Below, piece by piece: positions 43,333-47,649 of a DNA stretch of 47,649 nt. Numbering within the stretch: the first letter of the stretch is position 1; each line of letters starts with the position of its first letter. Under the pieces are notes generated by a model. The model was not told the origin of the DNA and did no database searches. It was given only the letters and a program-made list of their open reading frames with translations. The translations under genes and the position numbers were made by a program. Where the stretch lies: the IMG/VR virus record IMGVR_UViG_3300048080_000347, positions 1-47,649 of that record. One strand, 5' to 3'. This DNA is from a virus (taxonomy: Duplodnaviria; Caudoviricetes).

Positions 43333-43535
43333 CAGAACCCCTTCTTCGTCTGGGCGAGCCGGTAGGCCGGCGGCGCCGCGGTGGCGCGCTCCATCGTAGC
43401 GAGCAGGGAGCGCATCGCGTCGAGCGACTGGTACGTGACGGATCTCCGCGGCGGCCCGTCGTAGACGACCTGCAGCACGCCCGATGCTACCGCGGCTCTG
43501 AGTGCGTCGATCTCCGCCTGGGTCCACGTCGCCAC
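43332..43535 (-). CDS. gpW-like head completion protein
   Basis: WTQAEIDAL.AA.ASG.L.V.Y...VTY.SL..M; lies between terminase and portal. Confidence 0.85.
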   Translation of the reverse strand: MATWTQAEIDALRAAVASGVLQVVYDGPPRRSVTYQSLDAMRSLLATMERATAAPPAYRLAQTKKGF

Positions 43536-43537
43536 GG

Positions 43538-45487
43538 TCACCTCTTCCGGTTGAGCCAACTATCACGCCTCGCGCCCCGCCCGCCAAGCCAGTTCCCGCG
43601 GCGGCCTGGAATGGGCGACGGCGCAGAGGTGTCGCGCGGCGGCCTACGGCCCGTCGCTGGGGACGTCGTGGGCGACGGACTGGTGCGCGCTCGAGCAGCG
43701 GCCGATAGCCGGTCGAGCCCGGCCACTGCGGCCGCCGCGCGCGCGTAGACCCGGCAGTCGAGGAAGTGGTTTTCGCGGCCGGGGATCAGTTGCCACTCGA
43801 GCAACACGAAGCCGCTCTTTTTCTGGTGCGCCACCAGGTGCTCGGCGGTGATCTGAAGGAAGTAGTCCTCGCCGTATTCGGGGAAGTGGCAGAAGCCCGG
43901 GGGTGCAGCGCCGAGCACGCCTTCGACGATCGGCCGCTCCTGTCGCAGCCACCCGTAGAACTCTGACTTCGCGATCCCCACGCCGACCGGCCACACCTTG
44001 TAGCCGCGGCCGATCTTCTTCCCGCTGGGCTTCACGTCGACCGACGACGGTGCGCCGACAAGCACCCGCGCGGTTGCAACGCCCTTCATCGCCACCACCC
44101 GGTTGAGCGGGTGGCGCATGGCCCAGCTGTAAACCGTCTGGGTGTTGTAGCCGGAGTCGATCCCGAGCAGGACGATCCCGTAGCCGATCGAGTCGGGCCC
44201 GAGCCAGGAGTGCGCGAGCAGTTCGTCGAGCCTTGCCCAAACCGGCTCCGCGGAGGTGTCCCCCGGAAACACGCCGGCGTCGATCGACCAGCTTTCGCGA
44301 TTCTCGCCCCAGCCGACCACCTCCCAGACAAGCCGATCGCGTTGCACGTCAACCCCGGCAGTGAGGAAGAGAGCGCCCGCCGGCACAGTGCCAATCGGGT
44401 AGCGCTCGCGCCGATCGTAGAGCCGCCGCCACTCTGGCGCGTCGCCGCGATCCTTCCACGTCTCGCCGAGGGTCGTGTTGACGAAGACCTTCAGCTTCTC
44501 GGGTCCGCCCGCGTTCGCTTCGAGGAACTCGGCGGCGATGTGCCCCCACGTCACGTTGGGCCCGAAGCTGTAGGCGGCCCAGATGTGGAAGCTAGCGTGC
44601 CCGGTGAAGCGCTCGCGCGCGCGCCACTCCCCCCGCCCAACCATCGACCGCTTGTCCTTGTGTTCGATCACGCAGCCGTTCTTCGAGCAAACGAAGTGCG
44701 CGCCAGCGGGGTGCTTCTTCTCGAACTGGAAGAAGTGCCCACCGAGCTCGCCGCCTTCTTTGAAGACCAGGTGGTCGAAGTGGCCGCAGTGGGGGCAGGG
44801 AACGAAGAAGCGCCGCTGGTCTCCCTGCTCGAAGAGTTCGGCAATCCGACTGCGCCCGGCGATCCCCGGCGTGCTCGCCACGTAGGTTTTTCGATCCCAG
44901 TAGTAGGCGCTGCGCTGCATCCCGAGCTTCACCGGGTCCCCTTCGTTGCCGGCGCTCATCGGGTAACCGTCGGCTTCGTCGAAGATCACCACCTTGCGCG
45001 AGACGCGGCGGAAACCTCGAGCCGAGTTCGCGCCGACCATCGACAGCGAGCCGCCCGGGAACTGCTTGTGGAGCAACGTGTTGGCGGAATCCTTCGCGCT
45101 CGTCTCGGGCACCAGCGCGGCGAGCACGGGGCAGTCGCGGATCATCGGGGCGATCTCTTCTTTGCTGTAGCCCTTCGCGTCCTCAACCGTCGGCTGGACG
45201 ATCATGATCGGGCACGGGTCCTGGTGCATGTAGTACCCGATCGTCGCGTTCATGATCTTCGTCGCGCCGATGCGCGCGGACTTCATCAGCGTCACCTGGC
45301 GCACCGCCGGCTCGGTGATCGCGTTCATCACGCCGCGCTGGTATGGGAGCGAGTGCCAGGGGCCCGGGTCCGCCGCCGACTCAGCGCTCAGGTAGAAGAA
45401 CTCTTCGGCCCAGTCGGACAGATCGCGCCGCGGCGGTGGGCGCCAAAGCTCGAGCGTGTCAGTCGAGAGCTTCTCAACCGACGCCAT
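43538..45487 (-). CDS. Terminase large subunit, lambda gpA family
   Basis: KSARIGAT, FDEADGY, EGDP, STP, VPCPHCG, NTTLGE, GVDVQ, IDSG and RENHFLDC. Confidence 0.95.
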   Translation of the reverse strand: MASVEKLSTDTLELWRPPPRRDLSDWAEEFFYLSAESAADPGPWHSLPYQRGVMNAITEPAVRQVTLMKSARIGATKIMNATIGYYMHQDPCPIMIVQPTVEDAKGYSKEEIAPMIRDCPVLAALVPETSAKDSANTLLHKQFPGGSLSMVGANSARGFRRVSRKVVIFDEADGYPMSAGNEGDPVKLGMQRSAYYWDRKTYVASTPGIAGRSRIAELFEQGDQRRFFVPCPHCGHFDHLVFKEGGELGGHFFQFEKKHPAGAHFVCSKNGCVIEHKDKRSMVGRGEWRARERFTGHASFHIWAAYSFGPNVTWGHIAAEFLEANAGGPEKLKVFVNTTLGETWKDRGDAPEWRRLYDRRERYPIGTVPAGALFLTAGVDVQRDRLVWEVVGWGENRESWSIDAGVFPGDTSAEPVWARLDELLAHSWLGPDSIGYGIVLLGIDSGYNTQTVYSWAMRHPLNRVVAMKGVATARVLVGAPSSVDVKPSGKKIGRGYKVWPVGVGIAKSEFYGWLRQERPIVEGVLGAAPPGFCHFPEYGEDYFLQITAEHLVAHQKKSGFVLLEWQLIPGRENHFLDCRVYARAAAAVAGLDRLSAAARARTSPSPTTSPATGRRPPRDTSAPSPIPGRRGNWLGGRGARRDSWLNRKR

Positions 45488-46004
45488 TGGCCAGGTCTTC
45501 GAGAGCTTCCTCGACCAGTTGCTGAATCGCTTTCACCTGATCGATCGTCAGGTCCGGGATCCGATCCTTGATTCGGTGTGGGATGCCGAGGATCTTGTTC
45601 CGCGAGATCGTGACGATCTGCGCCCAGCGCGCCTTCACCTCAGCGGCCTGCACCAACTCCCCCGTGCGCTCCTGAACGTCGAGCCGCGCCAACTGCGCGC
45701 GAAAGCTCTTCTCGATTGCCGAGGCCCTGGCGAGGTTGACCGTATCGGTCGGCGCCGCGGCGGCCGCGGTGGGCCCCGGCGACGCCTTCGCCTTCGCGGC
45801 TGCGGCCTGCCCGAGGTTGCGCTGGTGCGCTTCCGAGGTGTTGTCCGCCCAGGCCTTGTCCGCCACCGCGGTGTCGATCAGCTTCTCAGCGTTGAGTTTG
45901 ATTCGCCCACCGAGGAGCGCCTTCTGGACGGCGCGGTGCGTGGTGCCAGAGAGCCCGAGTTGAGCTCGGTGCCGGGCGTACGCGCGCTGGCTCACCAGGG
46001 GCAC
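45474..46004 (-). CDS. Terminase small subunit (Nu1-like)
   Basis: N-terminal HTH (SQRAYARHR...AVQKA...GRI), GELV...V, LGIP.RI; overlaps the TerL start. Confidence 0.85.
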   Translation of the reverse strand: MPLVSQRAYARHRAQLGLSGTTHRAVQKALLGGRIKLNAEKLIDTAVADKAWADNTSEAHQRNLGQAAAAKAKASPGPTAAAAAPTDTVNLARASAIEKSFRAQLARLDVQERTGELVQAAEVKARWAQIVTISRNKILGIPHRIKDRIPDLTIDQVKAIQQLVEEALEDLANGVG

Positions 46005-46007
46005 GCG

Positions 46008-46274
46008 CTACGTGCCGATCGGCCCGGGTGGAACTCCGGTCGGGTAAGGCTTCGGGGTGGGTCGGCTGACGTGCTCCTCCTCGCGCGCAGCTTCCTGTTC
46101 CACCTCGAGGCGGTCGTCCTTGCGAAGATTCCGGTAGCCCTCAAGCTCGGCGAGGAGGTCGCGCTTCTCGACCAGCAAGGCGGCGATCTGCTTTGTCGCG
46201 CCAGCGAGATCGACGCGGGACTGCTTGAGAGCCGCGCGCAACTCCGCCGGCGATGGGTGCTCGGCGGCGATCAC
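46008..46274 (-). CDS. Hypothetical coiled-coil protein
   Basis: GTGA overlap with the methylase stop; 88 aa. Confidence 0.55.
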   Translation of the reverse strand: MIAAEHPSPAELRAALKQSRVDLAGATKQIAALLVEKRDLLAELEGYRNLRKDDRLEVEQEAAREEEHVSRPTPKPYPTGVPPGPIGT

Positions 46275-47482
46275 GCGCTCACCTCGATCGCCCTCTTCCC
46301 GGTCAACCGTTGCCACCGCTCGATCGTGATCTGCGCGTTCGCCGGCTCAGCCTCACCGGCGTAGCAGACGCGATCGAGCTTCTCCGCGGCGATCAGCGTC
46401 GAGCCCGAGCCGGCGAATGGTTCCCAGATCTTCTGGCCGGCGTCGGTGCTGGCCTCGACGAACTCAGAGAGCAGCCCGACCGGCTTTGCGGCGTTGTGGA
46501 GCCGCTCGGCGCCGCTGGGCCGGTTCGCGCGAATCAGGTTCGGCTTGTTCACCACGCGGATCCCTGCCCTGTCCTGCCCCTTCATCACGCGCTGAGGTTG
46601 CAGGCGGTGCGCGAAGACCACCTCCTCGTAGGTGTTCGACCAGTTCGAGCCCAGCCCGCTCCTGCCCTTGTCCCAGACCAGCTTGTTCTTCAGGGTGAGC
46701 GCCGGCACCCGGGCGAGCGCGGTGTAGATCGCCCCCAGGCTGCGCCAGTCGCAGAAGCAGTAGAGGTGCGCGAACTCGCGGAGCACATCAGCCGCGGCTC
46801 GGAAGAAAGTCTCGAAGAACGGGATCACCATCTTGTCGTCGGCGATCGAACTCGAGACCCCGGAGCTCGAGCCGTAGATCGCGTAGGGCGGGTCCGTCAC
46901 CACCGCATCGATCTTCGCGCCGTCGAGCAGCTGGGCGCGACACTCCGGCACCAGGGAGTCCCCGATCAGCAGCCGGTGGTGCCCGAGCGCGTAGAGCCCG
47001 CCCCGCTTCACCCACGGGGCAGGCGCACTGTCCGTGAGCGGTGGCGGTGCTTCCTCTTCGGCGTCGTTCTCGGCCGAGCCGCCCGTGGCGCCGAGGCGGC
47101 GCTCGAGGTCGTCGAGTTCGAAGCCGAGGAGCGAGAGGTCGAAGTTCTCGAGCTTGAGCCCGGCAAGCGCTTCGGCGAGCAGCTGGTCGTCCCAACTGGC
47201 GCCGTTCGTCGATTCGTTGTCCCATACCAGGAGCGCGCGACGTTGCACCGTGGTGAGGTGCCCGAGCACCAGCACCGGCACCTCGCGGAGCTCCGCCAGC
47301 CGCGCCGCCTCGAGCCGCCCGTGCCCGGCGATGATCTGGCCGGCGGAGTCGACCAGGATCGGTGAGGTGAAGCCGAACTCTTTGATCGCTCGCGCGAGGC
47401 GCTCGATCTGGTCTCGCGGGTGCCGCCGCGGATTCTTCGGATCCGGCTTGAGGCGCGCTAGTGGCCAGGACTCGAGGGGCAC
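46271..47482 (-). CDS. ParB-N domain / N6-N4 DNA methyltransferase fusion
   Basis: NPRRH...I.EFGFT.PILVD...IAGHGRL.AA, then TDPPY, H.AAKP and EPFAGSGSTLIAA. Confidence 0.9.
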   Translation of the reverse strand: MPLESWPLARLKPDPKNPRRHPRDQIERLARAIKEFGFTSPILVDSAGQIIAGHGRLEAARLAELREVPVLVLGHLTTVQRRALLVWDNESTNGASWDDQLLAEALAGLKLENFDLSLLGFELDDLERRLGATGGSAENDAEEEAPPPLTDSAPAPWVKRGGLYALGHHRLLIGDSLVPECRAQLLDGAKIDAVVTDPPYAIYGSSSGVSSSIADDKMVIPFFETFFRAAADVLREFAHLYCFCDWRSLGAIYTALARVPALTLKNKLVWDKGRSGLGSNWSNTYEEVVFAHRLQPQRVMKGQDRAGIRVVNKPNLIRANRPSGAERLHNAAKPVGLLSEFVEASTDAGQKIWEPFAGSGSTLIAAEKLDRVCYAGEAEPANAQITIERWQRLTGKRAIEVSA

Positions 47483-47637
47483 CCGGGCACCCTACCCGAC
47501 CCGGCTACCCGGTAGCCACCACCGGATCGTTCAACGCTGCCCGCCCGATCAGGTCTCGACGGGAGGGGTCGCCATGGCCGCGCGGTCTACTCCTGGCGGC
47601 GACTCCCGGCAACCCCGGTTCCTACGCGCTTTTCGCG

Positions 47638-47649
47638 CCTTCGTACACC
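47638..47649. repeat. Right copy of 12-bp terminal direct repeat (putative cosN)
   Basis: Identical to 1-12. Confidence 0.85.

Noticed and set aside
1-47649. Very frequent CTCGAG/TCGA/GATC words
   Set aside because: Plausibly explained by CTC-GAG, ATC and GAC codon preference in a high-GC genome; enrichment cannot be claimed without a Markov-model count

Overview
The window looks like a complete, linear, very GC-rich (roughly 70%) tailed-phage genome of 47.6 kb, written in reverse orientation relative to the lambda convention. The same 12-mer (CCTTCGTACACC) lies at both ends in a lambda-like cosQ/cosN context. The minus strand from 47482 to 21639 carries the late region: a ParB-methylase fusion, lambda-type terminase, gpW and portal, a protease-capsid fusion, two DUF2190 genes, a Mu-like contractile tail and baseplate, a Gly-rich tail fibre, two tail-like proteins with Sec signal peptides, and a CHAP-type lysis cassette. 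The minus strand from 7476 to 70 carries a replication operon: initiator, degenerate DnaB, HU/IHF-like protein, RuvC, Mom-like GNAT, Dam-like methylase and a gpZ-like gene. A short plus-strand recombination module (RecE-like exonuclease plus a putative ssDNA-binding/annealing protein) lies at 7787-10193. Two early operons diverge from a mirror-symmetric control region (11914-12227) holding two near-identical sigma54 (-24/-12) promoters, each with a perfect IHF-consensus site. I found no integrase, CI repressor, ParA, tRNA or CRISPR array. A myxobacterial (Myxococcota-like) host is an inference only, from GC content and sigma54 use. All calls come from motif recognition by eye, and many start codons were reassigned from RBS and stop/start overlaps.
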